From contig CBFFRQ010000041.1 of the NCBI GenBank assembly GCA_965644315.1, positions 62,001 through 126,000 of the forward strand: 64,000 nucleotides of DNA. The letters run 5' to 3'. Both the position numbers and the translations under genes were made by a program. The notes beneath the pieces were generated by a model. It was not told the origin of the DNA, did not search any database, and saw only the letters and a list, made by a program, of their open reading frames with translations. This document shows positions 51,359 through 62,347 of the stretch, piece after piece; position 1 is the first letter of the stretch, and each line of letters opens with the position of its first letter. This DNA is from Caecitellus pseudoparvulus. Its lineage: Eukaryota; Protista; Bigyra: Bicosoecida.

Positions 51359-51750
51359 CTAGCACAAGTCATGTTCCCTTCGAACATGGGCGCATGTCTT
51401 GTAGAAGTACTTTTCTTTCACGGGGAACCTCCCGAACTCACTTTGCTCCGATCGTCATGCACCAGCCATGAGATTTCTCCCCATAAAGCGCGGTGGTGGA
51501 CCACAAGATGTCAATTGTTGAGGCCCGTAGGGGGGCACTAGAACTAGCCAAAGGTCACGTCCCGGACAACGGGTATCTGGATGGAGGGTGGCTTTCAGCT
51601 CCTTGAACCAGACACACAGATCGAGTGGAGCCGGACACCTTTGAGTTCCCCACGTACAAAAACCTGCGCTACTGATACATTGTGTGCCCCTTCCTGGGAA
51701 CAAATGCTACTCTGTCCGACCTTTCTCCCATTCTGTTCCACTCTTTGGTT
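51359..51750 (-). mobile_element. Putative non-autonomous Helitron 3' end; the 5' boundary is undetermined
   Basis: Minus strand reads CATGTTC-GAAGG-GAACATG (7-bp hairpin, 51370-51388), ACTTGTG, CTAG|T (51359-51362). A second CCCG..CGGG..CTAGT unit lies at 51543-51573. The surrounding DNA is lower-GC and non-coding. Confidence 0.5.
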
Positions 51751-51827
51751 CCTTGGCGCACACGCACCGCGGCGAGTTTCGTGGCCGTTTCGCCAGGGTC
51801 TGACCAGGTAGTGACACCTCCAGCACC

Positions 51828-53382
51828 ATGGCGGCGGCGCAAGCCAGCGTCATATGGCACCAGTCACCCCCATCAGATTTTGAGACATTTGTCTTGTGGG
51901 CTCGGCGGTGCAATTCGGTGACAGTCACGCCGAACCGCGTGCAAACCAAGGTCTTCAAGCGGCCGACATACAGTGTCTGCTTCTTCCGCGCGATGGACAG
52001 CGCAGCCAGCGCTGCTGCCAGGGCAGCGCCCCATGCACATGGTGTGGAGCCACGCAGCTCTCACCCAAGCTTTGTGCACTTTGGGCCCATGTGCCAAGCG
52101 GCGGCCAAGGTGCGTGCGCTCGTGTGTGACTCGGCGTGGCGCTGAGTCTGGGGCAGTAGCAGGCAGCAAGCGCTTCTGGCGTTAGCGCGATGGAACGCGC
52201 GTGGCCTGCTCGCTGCCACGGCGCTGTGGGGGCGCACTGTGCTGCTCAGAGGATTGCGTGTCCACAAACATCAGCACATTGTGCAGGAGTCTGACTCTCG
52301 CCCTTCTCCCTGCGCAGTTGACGTCGCCGGAGTTAGTGGAGGTGGCAGTGTCCAAGCCTCGCGGCTTCAGCCTGCCTGGGCACAGCGCCAACGACCAGGT
52401 CATGGCCAAACGTGCAGACAGCATGCAGAGAATGCTGCAAGTGGCCCTGAACGGCCTGCGCCTGGGCGCGGCAGACGCGAAGGAGGCGGGTTTGCTGCTG
52501 TGGTGCGCTGCGGCCAGTGCAACGCCGGCCAAGTCCAAGGCCGTCAGCGACCGCCGCATCCTGCTGCGCATCGCGGAGTGGGACGCAGTGGCAACGGGGA
52601 GCGGCAACGTGTCTCCCGCTGCGTCCTCGGCGGCTGCCAGCATCATGCAGGACACCGAGCAACCAGGCGTGGAGGTGGTACTGTTGAGCCAGCCCACTCG
52701 TGCCTCCTCCCGCACCCCTGCCGCGGCACCTGCCCCTGCGGCGCCGGCTACGTCGTCCTGGGACCCCTTCGCCGACATGGGCGGAGAGGAGGAGGAGGAG
52801 GAGGAGGATGACGCGTGGAGCAGCATCCACCGCTCCAACACCGCCTTGCAAGGCCGCACCTCCACCCCCCCCCAGCCCACACCTATCCCTGCTCCTACCG
52901 GAACCGACACACAGCCCTCGCAGAGCTCCACTCGGAGTCGACGTGGCGGCGGCATCCGACGCAGTAACAGCTCTAGGTCAGCCTTGCGTCCGCCGCCCGC
53001 CTCTGGCAAGCGCCGTGGGCTGGCCGGCACAGTGGCGCAGGACGCCTCCATCGGTACACAAGGGACTAGTGCAGCAGCGCAGACCCGGCAGCCCGTGACG
53101 CCGCCCAGGCCTCGCGCGAGCAGTGCCGTGCCTGCCATCGAGACGCCTCCCGGCACACGCCTGGCCACCATTCACTCGCCCGGCGTGTTGGGCCTGAGCG
53201 AGGAGGCGGGGGACGACGCCTTCGATCCCTTCAAGTCCCCGCCTCCTGGCAAAACGCTGGGTGGCGCGCCACAAGCGCCCGCCCAGGCTGCAGCTGACCT
53301 GGACGCACTGTTCGGCTCCGCCAGCAGTCAGCCTGCCGCCCAGCCGCAGCGCGTGGAGGACATTGACGCCTTCTTCAGCTAG
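51828..53382 (+). CDS. Hypothetical protein with a helical N-terminal part and a disordered tail carrying DPF/acidic-Phe motifs (possible vesicle-coat accessory protein)
   Basis: Main ORF 52201-53382 contains WDPFAD, DAFDPF, DLDALF and DIDAFF. The 5' exon structure from ATG 51828 is uncertain. Confidence 0.55.
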
Positions 53383-53533
53383 GTCATCGCCACCTTTCGC
53401 ATTTGCATTGTGTTCTTGTGGGCAATGCACGTTCCTTCGTCGTCTGCGTCTTGGGAGGGGCTGGTGGGAGACTCACCCCCCCTCCCGTGCAGCGGTGCAG
53501 TTGGCGCCAGGCCTGCGTGCTGTGAAGGCGCCT

Positions 53534-54280
53534 TCACGAGGCATCCCCCGGCGCCATGTCCTGCAGCCACTGCTGTGCAGCTTCTGGGGTCCATGGCATG
53601 GGTATGGCCGTCACGGTTGGTGGCGGCGGCAGGCTGTCTGTGCGGTGGAAGGCGCTGGTCAGGATGGTGTCCATGCCTCGGAAGTACGCCCGGCCGAAGA
53701 AGCAGGGCCCCTCCCCCGCCACCACGGCGGGCCCCGGTGTGTCTGGCTGGCCCTGCTGCGTCCCTGTCAAGTGCAGGAGCGTGGGCAGCCACAGCTCGTC
53801 GTCAGGCCACATTTGTGCGAAGGGGATGTCAGGGATGGCGAACCACTGCGGCGACATCTCCTCGCTCTCCGCGATGCTGCCTGTCACCTGGCTGCCCGCG
53901 TACACGTGCACCTCCAGCAGCTGCGGCTTGCCTTCGAACATGAACTCCAGCTGCCCCACGCGCGCCAGGTCGGGGCAGACGATGCCCGCTTCCTCCTCCA
54001 GCTCCCGCGCGGCGCCCTGCGCCACAGTCTCACCAGGCTCCACCTTGCCCCCGAATCCGTTGAACCGGCCCTTCCCGAACCCTCGCTTCTTCATGCCCAG
54101 AAGGATCTGCACAGGGGGGGGCGGAGGGGACGCACGCCGTGTGTCGCTGTGCGGGCTGCGGAAAATGGTGCTGCCCGCCGCCTCTCGCACCCTGTTCTTC
54201 TCATGCTGCACCACCATGATCAGGGTCAGCACCTTGCGGGTGTAAACTGTGGCTGGCGCCGCCCCCTCTGTCGCTGCCAT
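53534..54280 (-). CDS. NUDT1: 8-oxo-dGTPase MTH1/NUDT1
   Basis: 'ILLGMKKRGFGKGRFNGFGGKV', Nudix box 'GETVAQGAARELEEEAG', 'ESEEMSPQWF', 'MWPDD'. In-frame intron at 54107-54190. Confidence 0.95.
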   Translation of the reverse strand: MAATEGAAPATVYTRKVLTLIMVVQHEKNRVREAAGSTIFRSPHSDTRRASPPPPPVQILLGMKKRGFGKGRFNGFGGKVEPGETVAQGAARELEEEAGIVCPDLARVGQLEFMFEGKPQLLEVHVYAGSQVTGSIAESEEMSPQWFAIPDIPFAQMWPDDELWLPTLLHLTGTQQGQPDTPGPAVVAGEGPCFFGRAYFRGMDTILTSAFHRTDSLPPPPTVTAIPMPWTPEAAQQWLQDMAPGDAS

Positions 54281-54399
54281 GCCGCTTGGGTGTCAAGGGG
54301 AGGTGCGGCGCCGACGAGCCCTGGCGCACGTTCGGTTTGAATGCACGTCTGCAGCGCACGTGTGGAGCTCGCAGAGCGTGGGAAGGTGCAGCTGTGAAT

Positions 54400-56150
54400 T
54401 TATGCAAGGGAGACGTCTCCATCTGCGTCGGCAGGCGCTGATGCCTCTGCAGCAGGGGGCCCCTCGCCGCCCGACCCTGCTGCTGCCGCCGCTGCGACAG
54501 CCGCCGCCACGCCGGGTGAAGGACCCTCCCCCACATCCCGCACATCTTTGGAGTCTTCATACGCCTCGCCAGGGTGCTGCCGTGCAGCCTCGTGTCTCTC
54601 CACGTGCCTCTCATCTGCATCATCCACATCTTCGTCCCGCTCCAGGTATGCTGTGAGTGTGCGGGGTGTGGCGTCGGTGGCGCTGGAGCCAGTCTGGATG
54701 GCCACGCTGGGCGCAATGGGCAGCTCCTTCAGGGCGGCCAGCAGGCGCCCCGTGACGCTCTCCAGATACGTCTTGGAGTTCTTGTTCTCCATGTTGCTGG
54801 GCTTGATGTGCAGGTTGTAGTCGGGCCCGAAGTACTCGAAGTAGTCGCTGTACGGCAACTCATCGGGGATGGGCGTGTCCAGCAGCACACTGGTCTCGTA
54901 CGTCCAGCAACGCGCCACGTTGCGCATGGTGTACCCGCCGCCGCCCAGCACCAGCGTGGGCAGGCCGAAGCTCTTCACGTACTCGACGCAGGAGGCGTGT
55001 CCCCGCAGGGTCAGGTTGAAGCAGCCCAGGCGGTCCCCCGTCAGGCTGTCAGCGCCGCACTGGAGCACGACGGCGCCGGGGCGGAAGCGCTGCATGATGC
55101 CCTGGATGATGGGCTTGAAGATGTACCGGAAGGAGTCGTCGTCCATGCCCTCCCGCAGGGGGAAGTTGATGCTGCTGTTCTTGCCCTTGCCGTACCCCAG
55201 GTCGCGCCAGTCACCCGTGCCGGGGAAGTAGTCGCCGTACTTGTGGAAGGAGCACGTCATGACGCGGTCCGTGGTGTAGAACGCCTCCTCCACGCCGTCG
55301 CCGTGGTGGATGTCGATGTCGATGTACAGCACCCGCTCGTGCTGCTTCAGCAGCTCCAGAATGCCCAGCACGCAGTCGTTCACGTAGCAGAAGCCGGACG
55401 CCTCGCTCTTCTTCGCGTGGTGCAGACCCCCGCCCCAGTTGATGGCAATGTCAGCCAGGCCGTCGTTCAGGCGAGCCGCGCCACCTGCTCAGGGGGGCGT
55501 GGCGGCGAGGTGCGGGGCGGAATTTGAGCCGAGCCGCTGCCTGCGACACGCAGAGCCACACGTACCCATGGAGCCAGACGTCGACAGCTGGCAGAACTCA
55601 AAGAGACCGTCAAAGACAGGGCAGTCCTCGCCAACGTTGACTGCGCGGAGGGGGGCGGCAGGGCGGCGTGCTGGGCGGCTTGCAAGCTGCGCCGGCATCA
55701 CGGCAACCTGCAAACGCTGCCAACGCACATCGCTGCAACGCTCGGAGGTGCTCGTGCATGTTGTCGGGGGAAATCACCCGCAGGAAGTTCACGTAGTCGT
55801 CCGAGTGGAAGCGCGTCATCTCCATGCCGTCCACCAGCACAGGCCGCTGCGGGGTTTCGTTGAGCGGCGCAGCGTGTGAGCCTTCGCGCCGCAACGCCGC
55901 GCCACGCTCGCATGCCACGCACGAACACGTCCATCTGCTTGTACAAGCCATAGTTCACGATGAGGTTGTGCGCCATGCGCATGCGGTGCGGCTGCGAACG
56001 AGGCGGGCTTGCAGTGCCGTGAACGCTGCGCTGGCGAGCGCTGGCCGCCGAGCCCGGCGGCATGCGCACCTTCATCGGGTGCCCCTGGCCATAGTGGTAG
56101 TTGCCGATCTCGCTGTCATAGTAGTACGCCACGCGGCGCTTGGCGGCCAT
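54400..56150 (-). CDS. HDAC1: Class I histone deacetylase (HDAC1/RPD3), 5 exons
   Basis: GHPMK|[63 protein letters not shown]. Four GT-AG introns. Confidence 0.98.
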
Positions 56151-56750
56151 GGCTAAGCCGCGAAGTGCCGGGAGTTCTGGCAGGCAAAGGAATGCTCACC
56201 CCGCCTGTTCAACTTCCGCAAACTGCAAAAGGCCTCCGCTCTTGCTCAGGGTTGCTGGAGCAGGCGAGGCGCGCGCAGGAGGGTCCTTGCAGTGAGAAAT
56301 CGCAACGGGCCTGCCGTTGCTGGTGTGTTGTGGTGGCGGTGATGTTAAAGTGACCGGTGGCTGCCAATGACAGCGATCACATCTGACGGTTCTGGCGGCG
56401 GGTCCAAAGGAGACAAGCGCTGCGACTGAAGGGTGTGGTGAGTGGGTGCACTAGGCGTAGAAGGGATGGAACTTGATGTGTGTCACCGGTTGGGACCGGC
56501 TGGGACCGGCTGGGCCGGCTCCTGCTCGCTTGGAGCGAATGCCCATCATCGCGACAGAGCCCGTTGAATGGACGTGCACTGCGCAGGGCAATTCCAAGCA
56601 CAGCAATAACGTTCCGCGGATAGTAAGCATTCTGCCTCTTGAAAACTGACAGTAACCACCCTCCGCACTGCTCGCCTTCTGCTTAGAGAGCACCTTGCCG
56701 GCAACAACGCCAAGGACGTGCGGCGGGGTGTATTCAATTTCCGCAACGCA

Positions 56751-57723
56751 ATGGAGACTGACAAGCTGGATGGAGGGGGCCTGCCTCTGAAGCTATCAGA
56801 CGTGCTCCTTATGGTGTTCATTGTCCTCATCTCTGCCTCACTGCTGCGCCGTGTATGTGCGCCGCGCCGCCGTGTGTGCGCAGTGTGCGGTCCTCACCAC
56901 GCGACTGCTGCTTGCGGCGCAGGCTTGGGGGGATTCCCACACCGCCCCCAAGGCGCCCGCCAGCGGCTCCCGAGCCCCGCCTTTCATTGCGACGCAGGGG
57001 TCTCCAACCACGCCCGACGGCGGCCATGCGCCTTTCTCCGTCACGCGCATGCCGCTGGCGGACATGTCGGCGCGCAACGCAGAATTCCTTGCCGTCATGG
57101 CCCAACGCCGCTCCGTGCGCTTCTTCGCCCCCGACCCCGTGCCGCTGCACATCATCCAGCAATGCGTGGAGGTGGCGGGCACTGCCCCATCCGGCGCCCA
57201 CTGCCAGCCCTGGACCTTCGTCGTGGTCACGTCCACCGCCGTCAAGGCCGCTATTCGTGCAGCAGTGGAGGCGGAGGAGCAGCTCAACTACGACAGGCGC
57301 ATGCGGCGGTCCTGGGTGGCGGATGTCAAGGACCTCGTCACTGGCCTGCACCAGGACGACGGCGAGGGGGGGCACCGTGTCACCAAGCCCTACCTCACTG
57401 ACGCGCCGGCGCTGGTGGTGGTCATGAAGCAGACGCACGGCGTGGCGCCGGACGGGTCCAAGGTGGAACACTACTACGTGGAACACTCCGTGGGCCTCGC
57501 CGTGGGCATGTTCATTGCAGCCCTCACCAATGTCGGATTGTACACCCTCACATCCACGCCCATGGGGGCTGAGGGCGCCATCCGCCGGGCCTGTGGGCGC
57601 CCGGAACACGAAAAGGTGTTCCTGCTCATGCCCATCGGCTGGCCTGCGGAAGACGCCACCGTACCGCACCGCGACGCCGCCACCCTGCGCAAGCCCCTGG
57701 ATGAGGTGATGGTTACTGTGTGA
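56751..57723 (+). CDS. IYD: Iodotyrosine deiodinase (flavin nitroreductase family) with N-terminal membrane anchor
   Basis: RRSVRFF, AGTAPSGAH.QPW.FVVV, E.EE..NY..RM, KPYLT.AP, HYY, LTSTP. Hydrophobic exon 1 (56751-56852) and intron 56853-56922. Confidence 0.92.
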
Positions 57724-57747
57724 AGGGGGGAGACGGCTGCATGCCCG

Positions 57748-58977
57748 TCACCGCAACTCCACGCCCAGCTGGGCCACGGCAGCCTCCCGCAGCTGCTCCT
57801 GCAGCGCGTCCACCTCCTGGTTCGTGAGGGAGCGGTCCATGCTGCGGTAATTGATGCGGAAACAGTGCGACGTGCGCCCCGTCTTGGGGTGTGTGAAGGT
57901 GTCAATGCAGGTGGCTGACTCGGCCAAATCACCCGCCACGCCGCGCACCAACTCGTGCAGGTCGTTCTCGTGGAAGGGCCGGTCCTCTGGCAGCCAGAAG
58001 GCGACGTCCTTGAAGCAGGCGGGGTACTTGGAGTAGGGCTGGAAGGTGGTGATGCGCCCTGGCTGGAACTGTTCGTGGAAACGCGGGTCCTGCGTCCAGA
58101 ACAGGCGGATGTCGGGGATGCCGAACAGCACCATGGCCAGGCGCTCCAGGCCCAGGCCAAAGGCCCAGCCTTCCAAGTGGTCCTGGCCCGCGGCGCCCAG
58201 CACAGCCTTGTGCATGACGCCGCACCCCAGCACCTCCAGCCAGTCCCCGCCCCACCAGATCTCCAGCTCGTAGGACGGCTCGGTGAAGGGGAAGTACGCG
58301 TCCACCCACCGCATGCGCACGTCCCCGAAGATGCTGCGCACCATGCCCTCCAGCTGACTGCGCAGGTCCGCGCTGACGGCGGCCACCTGCTCAGCACGGG
58401 GCGCGGTGTAGTCCAGCTCGTCACGCTCGAAGACACGCACGCCCTCCATCTGGTGGAAAATGGGGTAGTGCGTCGCGTCCACCGTGTCACGGCGGTACAC
58501 GTCGCCAGCCACCAGGAAGCGCCGCTGCCCGGACGCCAGCAGGTCCACCTGATGTGCTGAGGTGTGGCAGCGCAGCAGGCGCTGCTCGTCCAGGTAAAAC
58601 GTGTCGGTGGGGGAGCGGGACACGTGATCGGCTGGCGTTTGCAGGACGTCAAAGTTCTGGCGCACCGTCACGACTGGGTTCAGGTCGTCAAAGAGCTGGA
58701 AGGGCTGCGTGCCGGGTGCGGAATCTGAGAAATGCGCCGCGATCATCTCCTTGATCGTGCACAGGGGGTGGCCCCGCTGCAGCAGCAGCTGCCGGTTCAC
58801 TTTCTCGATGATGGCTGGGGGGACGTTGTTGTGGGCGCTGCCCGTCTCGAACACGCTCACATCCACGGGGCCGCCAGTGCACAGGGAGCGCAGGCGAGGC
58901 AGCAGTGGTGCTGCCGCCCACGGCCGCAGCGCCGCAGCGCCGCCCAAGGCGCGACGCGCCGCACTGGCCAACGCCAT
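57748..58977 (-). CDS. FARS2: Mitochondrial phenylalanyl-tRNA synthetase
   Basis: Presequence, 'HVSRSPTDTFY', 'LLRCHTSAHQ', 'THYPIFHQMEG', 'YFPFTEPS', 'GWAFGLGLERLAM', and FDX-ACB C-terminus. Confidence 0.97.
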   Translation of the reverse strand: MALASAARRALGGAAALRPWAAAPLLPRLRSLCTGGPVDVSVFETGSAHNNVPPAIIEKVNRQLLLQRGHPLCTIKEMIAAHFSDSAPGTQPFQLFDDLNPVVTVRQNFDVLQTPADHVSRSPTDTFYLDEQRLLRCHTSAHQVDLLASGQRRFLVAGDVYRRDTVDATHYPIFHQMEGVRVFERDELDYTAPRAEQVAAVSADLRSQLEGMVRSIFGDVRMRWVDAYFPFTEPSYELEIWWGGDWLEVLGCGVMHKAVLGAAGQDHLEGWAFGLGLERLAMVLFGIPDIRLFWTQDPRFHEQFQPGRITTFQPYSKYPACFKDVAFWLPEDRPFHENDLHELVRGVAGDLAESATCIDTFTHPKTGRTSHCFRINYRSMDRSLTNQEVDALQEQLREAAVAQLGVELR

Positions 58978-59081
58978 GGCTTGCCCCACTTCGACTGTGC
59001 TGCACACTGTGTGGCTTGGGCATGCGTGGGCTGTATGGACAGGTTTGGGATGTGCTGCGGGGCATGCATTGGGCAGGTGCG

Positions 59082-60617
59082 TCACTGGGCGAAGACCGGC
59101 GCTGCCACGCGGTTCCAGTTGTCTGCCCACCGCACGGCGCGCTGTGCCGCCACTCCCTGGCGCAGACGAAGCAGCAGTGGCGCCGAAGACTTCACCTCCT
59201 CCACCTCACCCCCCCCTGCCGCCTGTGCCTCCCGGTAGGCCGAGTAGCCCTCCTCCTCCCACGGGAAGCCGCCGAGGATCTGCTGCAGCTGCCCTGCCAG
59301 CTGGTGTGCATCCCGGAACACGACGCCGTTGGAGCCGTGCTTCACCAGCTCCGGCAGGCAGGGGAAGGACACGGCTGCAGCCGGCACACCTGCGCCGAAC
59401 ATGTCCACCACCTTCATGGGCAGGTCCAGCCCGGAAGTGGACGTGTGCAAACACACGCCCAGGTCTGCCGCCCCCACTGCCGTGGGGTACTGCCCAGCCT
59501 CCAACCAGGCAGTCGTCACGGCCACGTGTCGGAGGTCCAGCTCCCCGATGCGGCGCAGGTACGCTTCCCGCTGAGGCCCCTTGCCTGTGACGAGGACCAG
59601 GAGGGCGGGGAGGGTGTCCCCCCCCTCGGCTGCACCCTCCTGGCCGGCGGCGGCGGCGTCGTAGAGGCACAACGCCTCCAATAGGATGCCAAAGTCTTCG
59701 TCTGGCGTCCAGGAGGTGCTGCTCATGAGAAGTGCCGGGCGGTGGGGCGACCACACTGCCTGCCCCCCCTCATCCAGGTGCGTGAGGGGGGTGGCATCCG
59801 GCCCGACCTCCTTGCACACTTTCGGCAGGGGTGGGCGCATGTCCCGCAGCAAGGCGTGCACCGCTGCAGCTGACGGCGGCTTGAATGCCTCTGGTGCGCG
59901 GTCGTACAGCACTGTCGCGTGGATGCCCCAGGTGTGTCGGAGCCAGTCCGCCATGGCCGCCGTGACGCAGAAGTGCCCGTCGCCACACCGCCCGAAGAAG
60001 TACTCGTACCAGTACGCGAGGACAACGACGGGGTGGGACTGCCCCACGCCCATGCTGGTGGCCAGCACCGTGTACCCGAAGTTGTGCCAGTCAATGACCA
60101 GTCTCGCGGAGCGCAGGCGAGCAGCCAGCCACACTGCTGCCAGGGCAGGGATGCTGGGCGGGTTCTGCACCAGGTACGCTGATGGTGCCGGGATGCTCAG
60201 CAAGGTCCACAGTAGCTGGTATAGCTGTGGGGCGAGCATGGCAGCAAGAACATGCACTGCTGGCGGCACCAGCGCACGGCCCGGCGCAAGCTCACCTGAT
60301 ACAGCACTTTGAGAGGAGCCCACAGCAGGAACCACGCTCGATTCCAGCTCTGGAAGGGGTTCCCAATCAAGTGCTTTGTGATGCGATCATTCTGCTCCAC
60401 ATCTGGCACACATGCCTCCCCCGTGTAGCCCACCAGTGACACCTGCAGGATGGAGGGTGGCGTGCGGGGAGTTTCACTGGCGTTGCGGGTGTCGCGAGTT
60501 GGACGCCCTCACGCTGGTTCCAGGCATGCGGGAGAGCGACACAGCATGGTACTGCATGCGTGGAGATCGCCCAACATCACCCAGCACAACGACAGCGACC
60601 GAGTGTTCCCCAGCCAT
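59082..60617 (-). CDS. ALG1: ALG1 chitobiosyldiphosphodolichol beta-mannosyltransferase
   Basis: 'VLGDVGRSPRMQYHA', 'QNPPSIP', 'IDWHNFGY', 'SSTSWTPDEDF', 'GVCLHTSTSGLDLPMKVVDMFG'. Two introns near the 5' end. Confidence 0.96.
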
Positions 60618-61017
60618 GCTGCACGGCGCTTTGTCAAGCACAGGTGCCGACCACGTGGGTTGGCCAAAAGGGTCCGTCGCTCGCCTCACTCCTCTGCAGG
60701 GCGGGCTGCGACCGCTTTAATGGCAGCTTATTCAAGTGTAATCAATCAAATTGAAGATGGCGTCGTAATCCACCCGCTAGCAAGCATGGGCTGTGCAGTT
60801 TTGAGGAATCACGGGAGCGAGCGACAACTGCTTGCTTGGTGATCAAACTCCCTCGCCAGTCAAAACACACAAGGCCACGCATGTGCGCCACATGATGCAA
60901 TTATTCTGATGCGTGTTGCAGGTCTGTGTCGTGGGGAGCTCGTGGGCTAGGCGGCGTGCAGCGGCAGCCAGGAGCGGCGGGAGGTGGTCCAATTTCCGCG
61001 AGCACCTCCCCCACGCC

Positions 61018-62226
61018 ATGGCTTCGGGAGGCAGCGACACGAGGTCCCTGTCCTCGGACAGCGGAGGCAGTGACTCGGAAGACAGCGTGGCGTCGGATGC
61101 GTTGGTGAAGAACATCCCCAAACGTGCCACCCGGGGCTACCGCAGCCGAGCGCTGGTGGGCGAGGTGGCCCAGGCAGACGAGGAGTTCTGGGGGCAGAAG
61201 GCCTTCACGGGAGAGGACAGTGACTCTGCCTTCTCCTCCATCCCCGCCAGCAGCGACTCCTCAGACAGCGACATCGACGACCCTGAGCCTGACGAGGCAG
61301 CCAACGCTGTGGCGGCGCGGGCAGCGGCAGCCTCGGCCCGTGCTGCAGCGGTCATGATGGGGGAAGGCACCAAGCGCAACGTGTACGTGGACCCAGCCCT
61401 TAAGCGGCGGCGGGCCGCAGCCAAGCGTGCTGCTGCCAAGGCCAGTGGCGGTGCTGGGGCGGCACCCCCCTCCACGGCCCCGGCAGGGGGGGGCACATCC
61501 ACCCCCACCACGCTGGCTGGGGTGCGCTCTCGACGCAGCAGCACCGTGGAGGCGACGCAAACCGCCACAGCCCGTGCCGAGGACAGGGAAGCCGCCGCCA
61601 CCGCTGCCTCCGCCACCGCCTCTGTGGCCACTGCCGCCCAGCCCAGGCGTAGCCAGGAGGAGGTGCTGGCAGACGCAGCTGAAACGACGCTGATGAACCT
61701 GCTGGCCCTGGCCAAGGGCAGGGGAGGGGGCGATGCTCAAGCAGGCACACGGGGCCGTGCAGGGCACAGGGCAGTGGCACAGGGCCGGAGGGTGGTGTGG
61801 CGGGCTCGGCGGGGCGAGGCGTCCACCCTCACCTTCCGGGGGGTGGACGCGGTGCCCAGCACCATAAACGCGTCAGCACCGCCTGAGCCGCCGCGCAAGG
61901 TGTGCGCCGTGTCTGGCGCCCCTGCCTCCCTGCGGGACCCCGTGTCCTGGCTGCCGTACGCGGGCAAGGAGCACTTTGCGCCGCTTCGACGGGCGCTGGC
62001 GGAAGGCAGGCTGCAGCCCGACGCCGCCTCGCCCATGGGGCGGGGGCGGGTCCACCTCAACCCAGATGGCTCCTTCCGAGTCGTGCCGCAGCAGCCCCGT
62101 GCGGGAGGCGGCGTGTCCCGGGCTGCAGGCGCTGCCAAGCCGGCAGCGGCGCCGCTGAAGCCCGGCCAGCACCCCCCTTCGCCTGCCAAGAAGGTGGGGG
62201 GGCGAAAGAGAGGCCGCAGGCGGTAG
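61018..62226 (+). CDS. VPS72: VPS72/YL1 (SWR1 complex H2A.Z chaperone)
   Basis: 'PKRATRG.R', acidic 'DEEFW...DSDIDDPE', 'SQEEVLADAAETTLMN', and YL1_C-like 'CAVSGAPASLRDPVSWLPY'. Confidence 0.88.
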   Translation: MASGGSDTRSLSSDSGGSDSEDSVASDALVKNIPKRATRGYRSRALVGEVAQADEEFWGQKAFTGEDSDSAFSSIPASSDSSDSDIDDPEPDEAANAVAARAAAASARAAAVMMGEGTKRNVYVDPALKRRRAAAKRAAAKASGGAGAAPPSTAPAGGGTSTPTTLAGVRSRRSSTVEATQTATARAEDREAAATAASATASVATAAQPRRSQEEVLADAAETTLMNLLALAKGRGGGDAQAGTRGRAGHRAVAQGRRVVWRARRGEASTLTFRGVDAVPSTINASAPPEPPRKVCAVSGAPASLRDPVSWLPYAGKEHFAPLRRALAEGRLQPDAASPMGRGRVHLNPDGSFRVVPQQPRAGGGVSRAAGAAKPAAAPLKPGQHPPSPAKKVGGRKRGRRR

Positions 62227-62347
62227 CAGGGGACGCAACATATTGAAATGCATTGTCGCTGCGTGCCGCCGCATTTCGCACTTGCAGTGGCTGGCCGCAA
62301 GGCGGCGGGGTGTGTCACTGGTCAGGCGCGGAAATTGGCCACCGACC

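Noticed and set aside
56486-56520. Short 10-bp repeat (CCGGCTGGGA-like x3) in the HDAC1/IYD divergent promoter
   Set aside because: Too short and degenerate to assign a function.
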